Below are positions 12,101 through 26,038 of a stretch of 64,000 bases of DNA, piece after piece. Numbering within the stretch: position 1 is the stretch's first letter; each line of letters starts with the position of its first letter. The notes beneath the pieces are model-generated. The model saw only the letters and a list, made by a program, of their open reading frames with translations, was not told the origin of the DNA and did no database searches. Source of the DNA: Trichoplax adhaerens (Eukaryota; Animalia; Placozoa); assembly GCF_000150275.1 (NCBI RefSeq), contig NW_002060944.1:6051102-6115101 (forward strand), given 5' to 3'. Made by a program: the position numbers and the translations under genes.

Positions 12101-15100
12101 AGTAACTTGTATTAAGATACAGAGCTAGCGATACATGATATGCTTGCTATAACCTAATAGTCTAAACACATTACGTTGAAAGATTTTCCGCAACGGTTTA
12201 TCCGTGTTCTGATAATGCTGAGGTAAGACGCGATGCCTACGCGCAAGTAGAAACTAGAATACAAGATCTAAAATCGGTAAGAAAACGACGTTGAAAACAA
12301 AATTTACAGATTTATTAGATAGAACTTTATTACGAAGGACGTGTTGTTTATTCTCCTATTTAGGTTATAAATGAGACGGAGGATCATCGCTATCGCGTCT
12401 TAAATGGAACGTCAAATGATCTTGTCATGTGGATGATTCAGGTATTAGATATTCATCTTGATGCAATCACGAAATTCGTTATCCTAACAAGGTATATACC
12501 TTTACAATCGAATCAGACGAAAAAGATGAAAGCAATTTACCACACCTTAAATATGTTCAACGTTGATATTACCCAAAAATGTTTAATTGCTGAGTGTTGG
12601 TGCCCTGTACAAGAACTGGATAATATTCAGTGTGCGTTGAAACGCGGAACTGTAAGTATAAGTAAACGTGACCAACAAGATAAAAATTGTTGGCTTCACC
12701 TGAAATTAACAACGCCAATTTTTTTCATTGGTATTAACGACTAATGTACTACTGTCTTACCTCCAGGACTTGAGTGGATCGTCAGTACCTTCAATATTAA
12801 ATCGTATGATAACGAAACTTGAACCCCCTACGTATTACCAATTAAATAAGTTCACATCTGCTTTCCAAAATATTGTTGATGCTTACGGTGTAGCAACCTA
12901 TAGAGAAGCTAATCCAGGTAACAACTGAAGCTAAAGTGTTTTATGTACCCCTTTGATAAATATCTTGAAAATGTAGACATAAACTTTTTGATATGAGAAA
13001 CTAACTAGATAGTTTTATTTTAGCTTTATTTACCGTCATTACATTTCCATTCCTATTTGCGGTGATGTTTGGCGATTCTGGCCACGGATTGTTAATGTTT
13101 TTATTCGGATTATGGTTGGTACTCAACGAAAAGAAATTCACTCGGCAAAAGAATATGGGAGAGGTGCTATATTTGAACTAGAGGCAATTTAGATAGATAT
13201 TTTTCTTTCTTATCTGACATGCTGCCACCTTGTGCGACAGATTTTTAATACCATCTTTGGTGGAAGATACGTTGTACTGTTGATGGGTATATTTGCAGTC
13301 TATACCGGACTTATATACAATGACTGTTTCTCGCTTTCGTTCAATATTTTTGGTACCAGTTGGACTTTTCCAAATATTAGGTAATAGTATTTATAATTTT
13401 TATGTTAACTGTTGCATTTCTACTTATATTAACTTGTTTTATATCTACCAATATTAATTTTATTCTTTAAATCATTCCAATGCAGTGAGGGTTTTCTCCA
13501 TGATCATCCTACTTATCAACTGGATCCGAATGTTTCGTTTCCTGGTGGTCCTTATGTATTTGGAATAGATCCAGTAGGTTTTAGTTGGTGCATTATTCGT
13601 AGCCAGCTAAATTATCTTATGTGTAACATATATGGTAATATTTTCCTTTTCCCCAGATTTGGCAGACTGCAATCAATAAGCTTACATTCTTAAATTCTTA
13701 TAAAATGAAGTTATCAGTCATATTTGGTGTATTCCAGATGCTTTTTGGTGTGATTTTAAGTCTTTATAACAGCTTGTAAGAAAGAATTTATATTTCCTAT
13801 TAAAATAGTATTTGCAAATCTACTTATTGTACTAGCATCAATGTAACTATTGATAAACTACGTTGCAGGTATTTCAAGAAATATAGCAACATATTTTGTG
13901 AATTTATTCCTCAAGTATGTAAATTTTGATCATATTATTTCGTAAACATCGCCTTGTTCGTGCAATTGATACGTTATCATTGGTTTATTGGACTAGGTAT
14001 TATTTTTGAATGCTCTTTTCGGATATCTTGTTGCACTAATTTTTTATAAATGGATAGTTGTTGACGTACGAACAGAACCGGTAAGTTTCTATCTTCAGAT
14101 CCATCGCCAGTAGAATTAACTAATTTTCCACATTTATTCAATAATTTTATGCTACATATGTTTCAACATTAAATCTGATTTATGTATTATAAAATATGTA
14201 GTCAATTATTAAATCTTAAATTGATATACCGTATTTTGTTGCAACTCTAATAGCAACCTAGGTTATTGATTCTGATGATCAACATGTTTATAAAATTCGC
14301 GCAAAAGCTTCAACCCAGTGAGATTTTATATCATGGACAGGTATAGCAGTATAGTATGTTATAAGCTAAAGGAAAAGCAGTATTTATTAGCTCACAGAAA
14401 AGACTAATGAATTATTTCTATTCTTGATAGGAAACTGTTAATTTAGTTTTAGTTGTGGTAGCAGTTCTTTGTGTACCGTGGATGCTTCTCATAAAGCCAT
14501 TTTATTTAAGATGGAAACATAAGAGAAAATTGCGTAGCTACAGGCCGGTATGTTGTTGACTTTGTGATGTATTCAATTTACCTTGTAATGATGGTTCTTT
14601 AACTTCCTCTCTTCATATATGTGAGTTTAGATAACAATTGTATGTAACAGATACAGAAATGGGATTGAAACTAACATGCCATAATGATTATATTTCAGAA
14701 AACGAGGAAAGGCGGTAATGTTTACGTACAACTATCTGATGACGATGGCATGAATGATGAGTATACCACTTATCACAATGATGAAAGTCAACTATCTGAG
14801 AATTCATATGACGAAGAGGAAGAGGTATTAAACAGAAATTTTTGTACACTTATGTTGTTATCATCAAGATAACTAAGAGAGCACTGCCCAAATGATTCAA
14901 ATTAATAATTATTTTTAGTTTGACTTTGGCAACATTATGGTCCTACAAGCAATTCATACAATCGAATTTTGCTTGGGATGTATCTCTAACACGGCGTCGT
15001 ACCTACGATTGTGGGCATTGAGTTTAGCACATGCAGGTAACTTAACCTACGTAGCTCTTTTAGCACAATACTTTTCTATCGTGACGTACGTAAATTGCTT

Positions 15101-15497
15101 AAAGTCAAAACATTTCTTGATTTGCTTATTATTTACTGTTTTAGAGTTGTCCGAAGTACTTTGGAATATGGTCCTTCACATTGGTTTATCTTTCAAGGGT
15201 TATGTTGGTTCTCTGTTGATTTTTGCTACTTTCTGTGGTTGGGCTGGCTTAACTATCGCAATTTTGCTCGTAATGGAGGGATTATCAGCTTTCTTACACG
15301 CTTTGCGACTTCACTGGTAAAGTCATAACTATGCCTATAGTGTTGTGTATGTAGACTGAGGAAAATCTTAAATCAATTTATTTCGAAATAGGGTCGAGTT
15401 TCAGAACAAATTTTATTCTGGTGAAGGGTATCTTTTCGACCCTTTCTCTTTCGAAAAAATGCTTAAAGAGGATGAAGATTTAGAAGATATACTATAA
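9190..15497 (+). CDS. ATP6V0A1: V-type proton ATPase V0 subunit a (116 kDa), more than 20 exons including a 21-nt micro-exon at 10252-10272
   Basis: [18 protein letters not shown]..., [102 protein letters not shown] (essential Arg), [23 protein letters not shown]. Stop at 15495-15497. The paralogue number is only the closest label. Confidence 0.96.
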
Positions 15498-16828
15498 ATA
15501 TGGAGTAACTTAATCAATTTGATTGCTGTATTGTGACGTTCAATGTTTGTTTCACAATATAAACTCTTTCATTAATGTGTAAAAATGGTTCATGCTTGAA
15601 ATTGATATAACTATAAAATAGAATCATTTATGATAAAAATTGTGAAAGTTTTGAGTTAGTTTTGAATTAATATCGGTAATTAAGCGTAAGAAGAAATTAT
15701 GAAATAAATTGATGACGTCATTATTCTATATACGTATCTTTAGATCATTCTACGTGGCAAAATTCTCTTGTTGGGTTATTGAGAGTAAATTAATACAGTA
15801 CGATATAATCAATTAGTTGATTGAATATTAAGAGTTGAATAGTAACGTGTTAATTCACCGTTGGCTGAGGCTATAGTTAGATGATATGGTCCTGTTTCTA
15901 AAATTAGACTGCATAGTATGGTGATTACAAATTTAGAATACATGTATACGAATGTATTGCTCGTGAGCTACGGTAACGAAAGGAGGATTATAGGTGTACA
16001 CTGTACTGTATATATACCGTAGAAGCCATTTTACTATTTCAGTTGCGAAGGCACGATTAGAGCTGTTGTAAACAATTGACAATTAGTTGATACTGAATAT
16101 GCGTAAAATTCATTACGATCGTAATCTCATTTCAACTGCAATCACCGTTCCTACCATATCTTGACATAATTAATGAAACAAGAATCAACGCCTGTGTTAA
16201 CATTTTCTTTATTAAGCACATCTATCTATATTCACGTAATACATCAAATAAAGTATATTCCGCGCCGTCTTATTACAGTTCTGTGAGAATTTACGGAATA
16301 GCTTACACAATGTACACTGTACATCGCTGCAGCATTGCAATGACTACCGGTAGCTCGAACGCATGCAGCAACTAATCTGTTAATTATTTAATTTTTTAGA
16401 ATATTATAATAATGACAAGAAATAGTTATCTAAAGTCATAACATGGTCACTAAAACGTATATGTTTTTCAACTTGTATATTGTAGAATAAATGTATTGAT
16501 ATTGATTTTACATGCTTTACAAACCAAGAAAAGTCAACGATGATAATATATAATTGAGAGTTATCATTACATATGTTCAATGGCTGCTGTAAAGATTTGT
16601 TAACTTAAAACTAAATTAAATACCGATGAGCTCTTTAAAAGACAGAATTTTGAATGTAATTACTGCATAAGAAATTATATTCAAGTTATTATCAGTTATA
16701 AAACATGTAAATGCATTAGATAGATAGGATACGTTAATACAAAAGCTATTGCAATTTTAATACTATCATCGAGACTAAGTCGCTAGCTACAAGAAATTCA
16801 TACAATTAGTACAATAACACAGCATTTA

Positions 16829-18934
16829 TCATCGACTACTATCGATACAAAAGTTTACATGGTGTTCAAATGCATCGTAACCGTTCACTATGGGGAATTC
16901 ACTGCTACAAACAGGGCAGACGTAATTATCGCTGTGCGATTGGCGGTCATCACTAGGTGGCTGCGGAGTTGTACTTGTTGGTGGTGGATATGTGAATGTG
17001 AATTCACCAGTACTTTGTCCTGGACGAGACGTAGGTTGTGGCGGAGGAGGATGTGAGGATGGAGCGGGATTTCTAAGTGCGGCTGGCTGCGTCTCATAAT
17101 TGTTTTGCCAACCTGTTGTAAATTCAGATGACAAATTAGGGGTGTTACGAGGAGCATTACGGTTAGTGCCATAAATGTCTGTGCCCATGCTAGCAGGTGC
17201 ATAAAAACTTTCTGAGTAGACGTTACTGGTAATAGCTGGATTATTTGCTATATTTCCACTTGTAGCAATAGCAGTTGTAATTAGATGTGTCCCATCAGTG
17301 CTTGATTGTTCTGTTGTATTTGATGCAACTCTTTCGTTACCTTGGTTTTCGCTTGATGACGATGTCGATATTGTCGGTTGGGTTTTACTGACTGGTATTT
17401 TATCCATCTTTTCCACAAGTATTCTCATCTGCAGTTGCATAACCTGTAAACATTCATGATCCTTTTTCCTTTCCTCCGATTCCGCATTTTTTAACTGAAG
17501 GATTTGATCTTTAGCTGAATCTAATTGTCTTGTTAAATTGAGGATATCGTCTTTTAATTGGCTGTTTTCATTTTGTAATTCCTTTTGTTTTTCGAGGGAA
17601 GCATTTTTTCCCTGCAACTGCTGATTTAACTGATTAACCCTGGAAAGAAGATCTTCTGTAACACGTTTACGTGCTGTTAAATTTTCTAAGCAAACGTTAA
17701 CAGCACGCCGTGCTTTTTCGCTGTGCATAGCCTGAATATCATTCTCTCGTAGGATGTCAAATAATTGCGGGCAACCATCGGAAATGTAATTGATTAAGGG
17801 CCAAATAAGTTCTAGTTTAGCATTGATTACGCCATGAGTTACTTGTTGATTTGGCCTAGGGTAAGAGCTAGCATTATCATTGACAGAAGTTTTGGATGAA
17901 GAGATAGTATCTAAATTAGAAGTAATAAGATGTTGCAATTTTTGATCGTCCAATTTATCATTACGCATTTTATTAAGCTGCTCCATTGGCATGCTTGTAG
18001 AGACCTTCTTCGTATTGATATTGGGCAAATTTGAATTGTTTAAGGAATGAGAAGGCGTAAGCCTTCTATCCTGGCTGAAAGTATCGGCTTTGCCAACCAA
18101 TGTCGATGTCGTCGTGGCGACTTCTGCCTGACCATTATGGTTGGATTGGTCTAGTTTCGAGTTGTTATTGGAAGTTGGTGCATTATCATGTTGTATCTGG
18201 CCTACTGAAGGCATGGTATATGGATGTACTTGTCCGTTATTAGTCCGTTTCACAAGTTCTGGAGTAGTAGATCGAGAGCTATTGGTAGATTGCGTCGCCT
18301 GCGATTGTTGAACGTGAACGGGTGTTCGACTGTTTGAAGAAGAGTCTTTCTGTTGGATATTGAGTGGGTTAGAATTGGTGCCTTGGCCAGGCTGATTTGG
18401 AGTGGAAGAATTGGTTGGTTGCGTTGTATTATTGACAGAAATTATTCCTTGCATGTTAACGTTATTATTACTACTATTGGTCATGAGTGGAACGTTACTA
18501 TTACTGGTGGTCGTACTACGTTGAAGGTCGACAAAGAGCATGGATTCACTTTCAGTGACATTGGCAGGAACAGTAGGAGAAATTTTAAATTGGCGACTTC
18601 TACCTCGAACCAGTGTTCCTTTTGATATATAACATAGCTGATATTCATCCTCCACATCTTTGGGCAGAGTACTGGCTGGAAAGAGTAAAGTATGATCATC
18701 TTGATTATTGGAAGCTCGAATCCAATGAAATCCTAAATACTCTCTCAGTGATCTCCATCCGATCTTATAAAGACCAACCCAATCATCTGCCGATGGTGTA
18801 TCATGGCCACGATGGCGATACTGGCAGACAATATCTTCACCCGGTACATAACAAGCTCTTACACCTGTAAATTCGACCTCTTCTGTATCCGCTAATTGTC
18901 TTGCAGATGATCCAAGCGACATTCCAGAAAACAT
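16829..18934 (-). CDS. TAX1BP1: SKICH domain, coiled-coil and C-terminal ubiquitin-binding zinc finger protein (TAX1BP1/CALCOCO2/NDP52 family autophagy receptor), single coding exon
   Basis: 701-aa ORF. SKICH motifs DWVGLYKIGWRSLREY...LLFPASTLPK...YQLCYI...RGRSRQF, a post-SKICH ESESMLFV, a heptad-rich region at about aa 410-515, and C-terminal CPVC...FEHHVNFC. Confidence 0.88.
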   Translation of the reverse strand: MFSGMSLGSSARQLADTEEVEFTGVRACYVPGEDIVCQYRHRGHDTPSADDWVGLYKIGWRSLREYLGFHWIRASNNQDDHTLLFPASTLPKDVEDEYQLCYISKGTLVRGRSRQFKISPTVPANVTESESMLFVDLQRSTTTSNSNVPLMTNSSNNNVNMQGIISVNNTTQPTNSSTPNQPGQGTNSNPLNIQQKDSSSNSRTPVHVQQSQATQSTNSSRSTTPELVKRTNNGQVHPYTMPSVGQIQHDNAPTSNNNSKLDQSNHNGQAEVATTTSTLVGKADTFSQDRRLTPSHSLNNSNLPNINTKKVSTSMPMEQLNKMRNDKLDDQKLQHLITSNLDTISSSKTSVNDNASSYPRPNQQVTHGVINAKLELIWPLINYISDGCPQLFDILRENDIQAMHSEKARRAVNVCLENLTARKRVTEDLLSRVNQLNQQLQGKNASLEKQKELQNENSQLKDDILNLTRQLDSAKDQILQLKNAESEERKKDHECLQVMQLQMRILVEKMDKIPVSKTQPTISTSSSSENQGNERVASNTTEQSSTDGTHLITTAIATSGNIANNPAITSNVYSESFYAPASMGTDIYGTNRNAPRNTPNLSSEFTTGWQNNYETQPAALRNPAPSSHPPPPQPTSRPGQSTGEFTFTYPPPTSTTPQPPSDDRQSHSDNYVCPVCSSEFPIVNGYDAFEHHVNFCIDSSR

Positions 18935-21900
18935 GGTTACAGCTCGCTGTTCGTTCTTCTTTTTTCTCCCTTGTTAATTAATTTCGATCGTTATCTAATT
19001 AATGGCTACAGGTCGATCACTCTAGCCTAGTAATAATCGCCAAGCTGAAGCGAGATAAAATAAGGAGAGAGAATCAATTGCACTTCACACCCTTCAAGTT
19101 AAATTTGGCAATAGCACTGTGCGCACTTTCCAGTCTAATAGCTTCAAAATAAATAACAACAACGCCGTTAGGGGTTCAATTTAAGGCAATTCTTGCTCAA
19201 GCCAACACGATTTTGCGTTTAACCGTGTGGTCTAAAAGGTCTCTAGTCGACAGTATCTGTCCGGTAATGGTGTTGTTACCACAGTACTGTACCCATACGG
19301 TAGTATCACCCCCGGTTGACAGGATGCCATAGGATGGTTCTCGGTGATACTCGAATCCTTATTTGGGACGCTGTGTACAGTACCGGGTAAAAAACATTAC
19401 GTCATGATGATCCGATTGGCTACTCAAAACGATTACTGACAACATTGTTTATATTAGGAAAGGAACTATTGACCAGCAGTAGAAGACGAATTAATAATGG
19501 TTTGACAACAAGAGAAATGGCCAGACATGGAAGATTCTCGTATTACTTTTGATAATAGAATTCCTTTCCTGTTTATTGATAGTCTAAAAGCAGTATAATA
19601 TGGAGAGGGATATGCATTTGACGGATTTGCAGGTATCAATCACTGGAATAAAACCCTCTCCAGTAAAAGATACTCGTTCGATGCTCAGTCTTGAGGATAA
19701 CATTACTTTTCCTATTTGATACCCATACTACTCATTTTATAAATAAATAAGCGATCCCGGTATGCCACAGAGATTGATTAGTAATTGGTTAACGCCAATA
19801 ACATGTTTAGCTTAAATCATCATCCTACAGCTATTTTTAGGATCATCAATTCTGATAACAAGTCCCTTTAAATCACTTCGTAGTGAATATGGATAAATTT
19901 AGATATGACGTTGCTATCGTACAGTAGTATGCTCGTCTTAGCTTTACGATTGTAGAAGAAAAGCTCTGTTGTACTGTACATGACAAAGGTAGAAGAAAGC
20001 TTGATTTCATGCAGAAAAGGTTTTGCACGATTGACAGGTATACAGTAATTAGAGCGATATTAGAGAGAAATGGACTCATGATAGATAGCCTGTGAACACT
20101 TACTCGTATACTTTATAAAGTAGATATTGGTATTGTACCCTTTCACGGTGCTGTCTGATTATTTCATTACTCTATACAGTATATACCTTACTTGGACCGT
20201 GATATATATATATACAGTATACCATACTGTTTTGGAAGGGACTAATCCCTGGACTGGTAGATATGGGCATTGAATATTGACATCATATTCAATTTTTTAA
20301 TTTTCGATTATGAGCAGTTTTTATAACGGCTACTATCATTATAGAGCTCGTTATCAATCATTTTTCCAAACTGAATCACACTACTGTTTCAAATTCAAAT
20401 ATTAATTTGCGTTATCAGTGTATAAAGCAATCATCGATCTTGTCAAACAGTCTACATGGACTACTGGACATATCGGTGCATATAAAAGTCCATGACTACA
20501 CAGTATCAGTAATCACAAGTCAGTGCAGCTAAATAATCAAAACGTAGTGTTTTTTTTATTATTACAACCCAAATTTTCGACGCTAAATAGGTAGCTAAGT
20601 TAATTATTTCTAAACGCTGGGCTATCAAGGATAGGCTAAAAGTTTCAAACCGTAGGAATGAGTAAAGTAATTATAAGTCTAGACAATTTTGATCAGGGTT
20701 GTTATTTTAAAAGGTAAAGGGCCTAGGGAAAATAGCAAGATTCCGCGATGGGGTAGGGGAAAAAATCTTTCCTCTTGAAGGATATCTCTAATACGATTGG
20801 TATTTAGCGTGTATTCATTGTAAGTGGTCGAGAAACATAACCAATGTCGTAGTATGTGGATTAAAACGGTTCGAAATTGTCACTAAGAATCGTGCAAAAT
20901 TTCGTTATTATGGGCGTTACTCCTTGTTAACTGGACTTAAGTTAAAGTAGTAGTCAGTATCAGTACAGTATTCAAACAGATATCCAATGCTCTCTGTCAT
21001 ACTATATACTCCATGCAGTCAAGGACTACTAGAAAAAAAAGGAATCCTTTTTCTAGTCTGCCAAATCAATATCATAGATCATATCACGTCACGATTTAAG
21101 AAATTATAAATAATTCCCTATAAATAAAGATCTCTGCTTCATAACTAGTACATTAAATTACGACCAGCACAATATTGTCAGCGTAGGGTCATTTGTGGTC
21201 AGGCAACGACAGCTTGACCCATAGAGATCGAAGAAAATCATGTTCTTCTCTATAATCTATAAGTCAAGCTGTTCCATGGGCCTACTCGATGTAATTTCTA
21301 GTTCATCGTAGTCCATGGCTGTTTACCATCATCATGGCGCACAGTGAGTACCAGGGATATTTTAACACGAAAAATGATGTCATAGTTTTAATTAATTGAT
21401 TCATCTAATACTATTACAGTAGTATCGCATTCAACGTTTGAAGACGGCGGACAGATGAAGGACGCATGTAGACGATTGTACAATACAACTGGACCACAGA
21501 AATCGACTACAGTACAGCAGTAAGTTAGTTTCTACTAAAGGAATCGACTTTTCATTGACAAAAATGCCAGGCCAATCTTTTTACTGTTCATTTTACTATA
21601 ACTGAAGACTAGAACCGTACAACCTACTGTAGCTAACCCACTTGGAGGCTACTTTTTCATTTATGATATTGAAAAATCGTTTCCTATCCCCCTCTCTCTT
21701 CTAATCGTGTCGAAGTTGCTGACCTTATCAAGCTGAGTGGCCGAGTGTACAGTGTACAGTCCACGATACTGTACACATTCTCATACTGTACACTGTACAG
21801 TACACCAATGTCAAATCGCCAAAACAGGACACTCACTACTAGACTAACTCCTGTTCTTGTACGCAAGCACAAGCCTCAAAACCTCATTACAAGTAAACGT

Positions 21901-22002
21901 TGCACTACGATCTGCGATCCCTTTTTCAAGGCTTGAGCAATAGTTGAAAATAATAATCGTGGTAATCGATCCACTTGCACTCTCTTGAATAGTAAAAAAG
22001 AA

Positions 22003-25000
22003 ATGGCTGCTGCTAATTTATTAGCTACACTGACTGCTCCATCGGAGATCAACAGTCTAAGTTTCTCACCCGTACGTAACTTATTAGCTATTGCTTATGG
22101 GAATAAAACAGTTGGCATTTACGATGTCAATGGCAAGGAGATCGGAGAAAATCCCATCTCTCCCTTAATTGGCCATACCTATGCGGTCAATACATGTTGT
22201 TTTTCATCCTTTGGTACCATGTTAGCGTCGGGCGCTACAGATTATGCCGTCTGTTTATGGGATATTAAATCGGGTGGTAATATCGCTTCATTTGAAAATC
22301 ATACCAATGCCATACGTAAAGTGGTCTTTTCACCCAATTCCTCCTTGTTAGCATCAGCATCAGGCGATCAAACCATCAAAGTTTGGGAAATGTCACGAAG
22401 AAAATTACTACGATCATTACAAGGCCATGATACAACCGTTAATACGTGTTGTTTTACACCGGATAGTAATTATATTGTATCAGGTGCATTTGATGGCCAT
22501 ATTAAATTATGGCAAGCCTCCTCTGGCCGTTGTTTACAGACTGAGTTTGATTGCCACGATTTAGGCGTTAATGATTGCCAGTTCTCTCCTACTTTTGGAT
22601 CAGCATCTGAAGGTAACTTAGACACCAATAACCTGGAACAACAGGATCAACTCGGTACAGCATAAAATTAGCTATAGTTTAGTCGCTATCTACACATACA
22701 CTTCAATTCCAGTTGCTATCATAACACGACCATTTTTGTCGATACAGACAACATCCGATAGCAGTAGAAATCCTAAAAACATGTACAGTGCGGCGGTACA
22801 ATAATTGCCCAATCATTAATTTATATTGATTAACGGATCGACCAACTTGATACGCCCATATTACTCTAAATTGATTATACTACTTTATACCCGTTTATTA
22901 ATGGCATAATCTTCTTTTTAGTACAGTACAACAAAGTACTACAGTACCGGAAAAAAATGACACAACGTTGTTGTTCGTCCTAACCCTAAATACGAAGCAT
23001 AGTAATTGTGTGATGGCCATCGTCAATGAATTCATTCTCATATAAATGAAAGTTGGCAAATATGCCTACGATAGACGAATAGATTGCTCGATGATCCATC
23101 AATCAATCAAATACAATACAGTATACTACTCACTGTGTACTACGGCATATCCAAGTAGATTACATATATAGAAATTCGACTTAAAGAGCAGCTAGAAAGT
23201 GTAGTAAAATTTCTATTCATCAACGATACATTAAATCCTACGTACTCTAAACTATCTTATATTATATTCCATTTTAAGAGCCATAATACGTAATCAATAT
23301 ACTCTTGACAAACAATTGCGTTATATTATTGATGGATTCGTGTTTGTTTTGATTTAATGATGGAATAGCAGCCAGTATTACAAGATCAATCTCTTTAATA
23401 GTAACTTGAAGTTGTCTACCATTCTTATTCATTAAATAAAAACAGCATTATATATGTCCTGATTACCCCTATACAGCTCCACAGATATATTGTACATCTG
23501 GCAATAAAATATAATTAAATGCACTGTATTATTGATCAAAACATGTGATATAAGTACTATTGTAAGAGAATGTACAGTAGTATTGTATATATATTATTAC
23601 GCCATCAATATGACATGTTCGTATTATGTATACTGTATATCAATGATAGAATGGTTATACCAAGACTGCTATATATACGCATTTCATTTTCTTGGTTAAA
23701 AGATTAACTTGCTACAATATTGCTTACAATATTTAAAAGACTGCAAGAAAAATTGTTAGGTACAAAATCTTACCTGTATTCGGATATTTTCTCCTATATT
23801 TCTATTAGCTTATCAAGAAAACCTCAAGACAATAAATGGAACCATTCACTATCTTCTAGCGACTTGCGGTTCTGACATGTTTGTAAAACTATGGGATGTT
23901 TATATAGACCGGCAAGGTAACTGATGTTATTGTAATAATATTAAAGTTATGTTGTATGACTTCACCAATTCAAGATTATATAATCGCTACGATTTTACTG
24001 CCTAGAATTTTGGCAACATTAACTTTCTATAGCCGATATGTACTTTAGAATGTTACATATCTTACAAGAAAGGAATGATACCCTATCTCAAAATAAATAA
24101 TAACAAACTATCATTTTATTTACGTCCTATGTTCTTACAGCTGATACTTATAATATCACTAAAAGGGGCGACTTATCCGGTCATCAGGTATGATATCTGA
24201 TTTGATACTTAGGAATAAACTAAAAATTGAATCAGCTTTGTTTATGTTTTTTAATATAGTGTCAGAATTAGTTTCTCTAGGATATATTGATATATCTGTT
24301 ATAGTTTAAGATAATTAATTAAAGATTTTCTTAGATTGCTTTTAAAAAGTTTTCTGTTATGTATACATTATGGATACAAGTATAATAAATTTTTAACAAT
24401 TATTCTAACTTTATTTGAAATCTTAGCTTCATGTAACGATTTTATAAATTTTTCTACATCATCACTTAGTCAACAGTCTGGTGCGCCATATTTTCTCCAA
24501 ATGGTAAATTATTGGCATCAGGGTTAGTATTTTCATAAAACTGTATATTGGCAACTTGGACAAAAATCTTGGTATAATTTTATATTAAAGTAGTAAACAA
24601 TATTAATTGATACAGAACCTTCTAATGCAATTTTTTTACTATAGATCCGGAGATAGATCGGTCATTATTTGGAATCCGGTAAGAAAATCATCCATGATTA
24701 GCGACTATATGTAAATGGCTAATTTACAATTTGTGGATATTTCCGATTAAATTTCAAATGTTTACAGTATTGCTATTTTTATCAAGAAAGTAGTAGTTAA
24801 TCCATCTATCAACTTTTATTGCTACGCTTATGTTTTTCCTTCCATCTACATTAACATAATTATAAAATGTATTGTCAGAGGAGTATGATATGTCATTCTG
24901 TACTGTATAACCACCTAACTAATCAAAGTCTCGTAAACTGATATAACTTTAGCTCCATGGTGAAGCTCTACAGAAATTAACCGCACATACTAGGTAAAGA

Positions 25001-26038
25001 TTTCCTTTACTATCATATATACGTACATCGGCACTATTTACAGATACGTGTATTTCAATCACATTTAAAATATCACTATCGCAATCGTATAATTCACAAT
25101 AATACAATTTCTTTAGTTTTGTTACCTCCTGTGCATTCTCTATGGATAATTCTATCCTTGTAACTGGTTCGAACGATCGAACCCTCAAAATTTGGCAGAT
25201 AAATATACATCAAGGTAACGATATATGGTCAAGCTTAATAGAAAAAAATGCTTTAAATTGCCTTCTTAATTGTTAAAGAAAGAGCCTAAATTCAGTCTTT
25301 ACTTCTTTAAGAATCAAATTCTATACGAAGTCAACAAGCAAATGATGGAAAGTCGAAAGCAATCGCCTCGGTATGTTGCTGCTTCTGTGGAACATGTTAC
25401 GATAATCTGGGTACTAAATTAGTTCTGATCATGTAATTTTTCAGTTACAAGCCATGACCCTTGACGACACTTGCAATTGGCTAAAAACAATCGGAATGGA
25501 AAGATATGAAAAACAATTCCGCCATCATCAAATCAGTGGGTCTATTTTACCAACACTAACATCAATTTCCCTTATGCGCGATCTCAGTATTGAACCTCTC
25601 GGACATCGTAATCAAATTCTAAGAGCAATTCAAGAATTAAAGGATCGCTTAGGTTACTATCTGGGCTGCCTAGACTTTTATACAGCACATATAATTAATT
25701 TAATCTAAATTTTTCTCTATCCAGATAATTCAATTCCTGATGAATTCCTTTGCCCTATTTCCAGAGAAGTGATGACAGATCCTGTGGTTGCATCAGGTTG
25801 TATTAAATCAGTTGATATAATAGCTACTACAGTATCATAGATTATTAATGGCAACTCATGTTAACCCTTTACCATAGACGGTTACTCGTATCAGAGGCAA
25901 GCTATCGAATCTTGGCTGAATGGAGGTAATCGTTTAACAAGCCCAATGACTAATGCTCCACTGAATGCATCTCTTTTAATTCCTAACAAAACTCTAAAAT
26001 CTCTTATTCAAAAATATCTTGACGGTGATAGAAGTTAA
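22003..26038 (+). CDS. WDSUB1: WD repeat, SAM and U-box domain protein, 11 exons
   Basis: WD40 repeats (GHTYAVNTCCFS...VCLWD; GHDTTVNTCCFT...IKLW), SAM exon (TCNWLKTIGMERYEKQFRHHQISG...LGHRNQILRAI) and U-box ([35 protein letters not shown]...TSPMTN). Exon phases are compatible. Stop at 26036-26038. Confidence 0.95.

Noticed and set aside
16859-18870. Antisense and alternative-frame ORFs over the TAX1BP1-like gene (likewise over PKD1-like exons)
   Set aside because: Shadow ORFs of real coding sequence with no independent features.
19401-19440. C/D-box snoRNA-like pattern (ATGATGA...CTGA with GTCA/TGAC ends)
   Set aside because: Only about 40 nt, with no room for D'/C' boxes. It overlaps promoter-type TTACGTCA and ATTGG motifs.
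19300-20880. tRNA B-box-like words (CTCGAATCC ~19350, GGTTCGAA ~20868)
   Set aside because: No cloverleaf could be built. I found no tRNA, rRNA, snRNA or CRISPR array in the window by eye.
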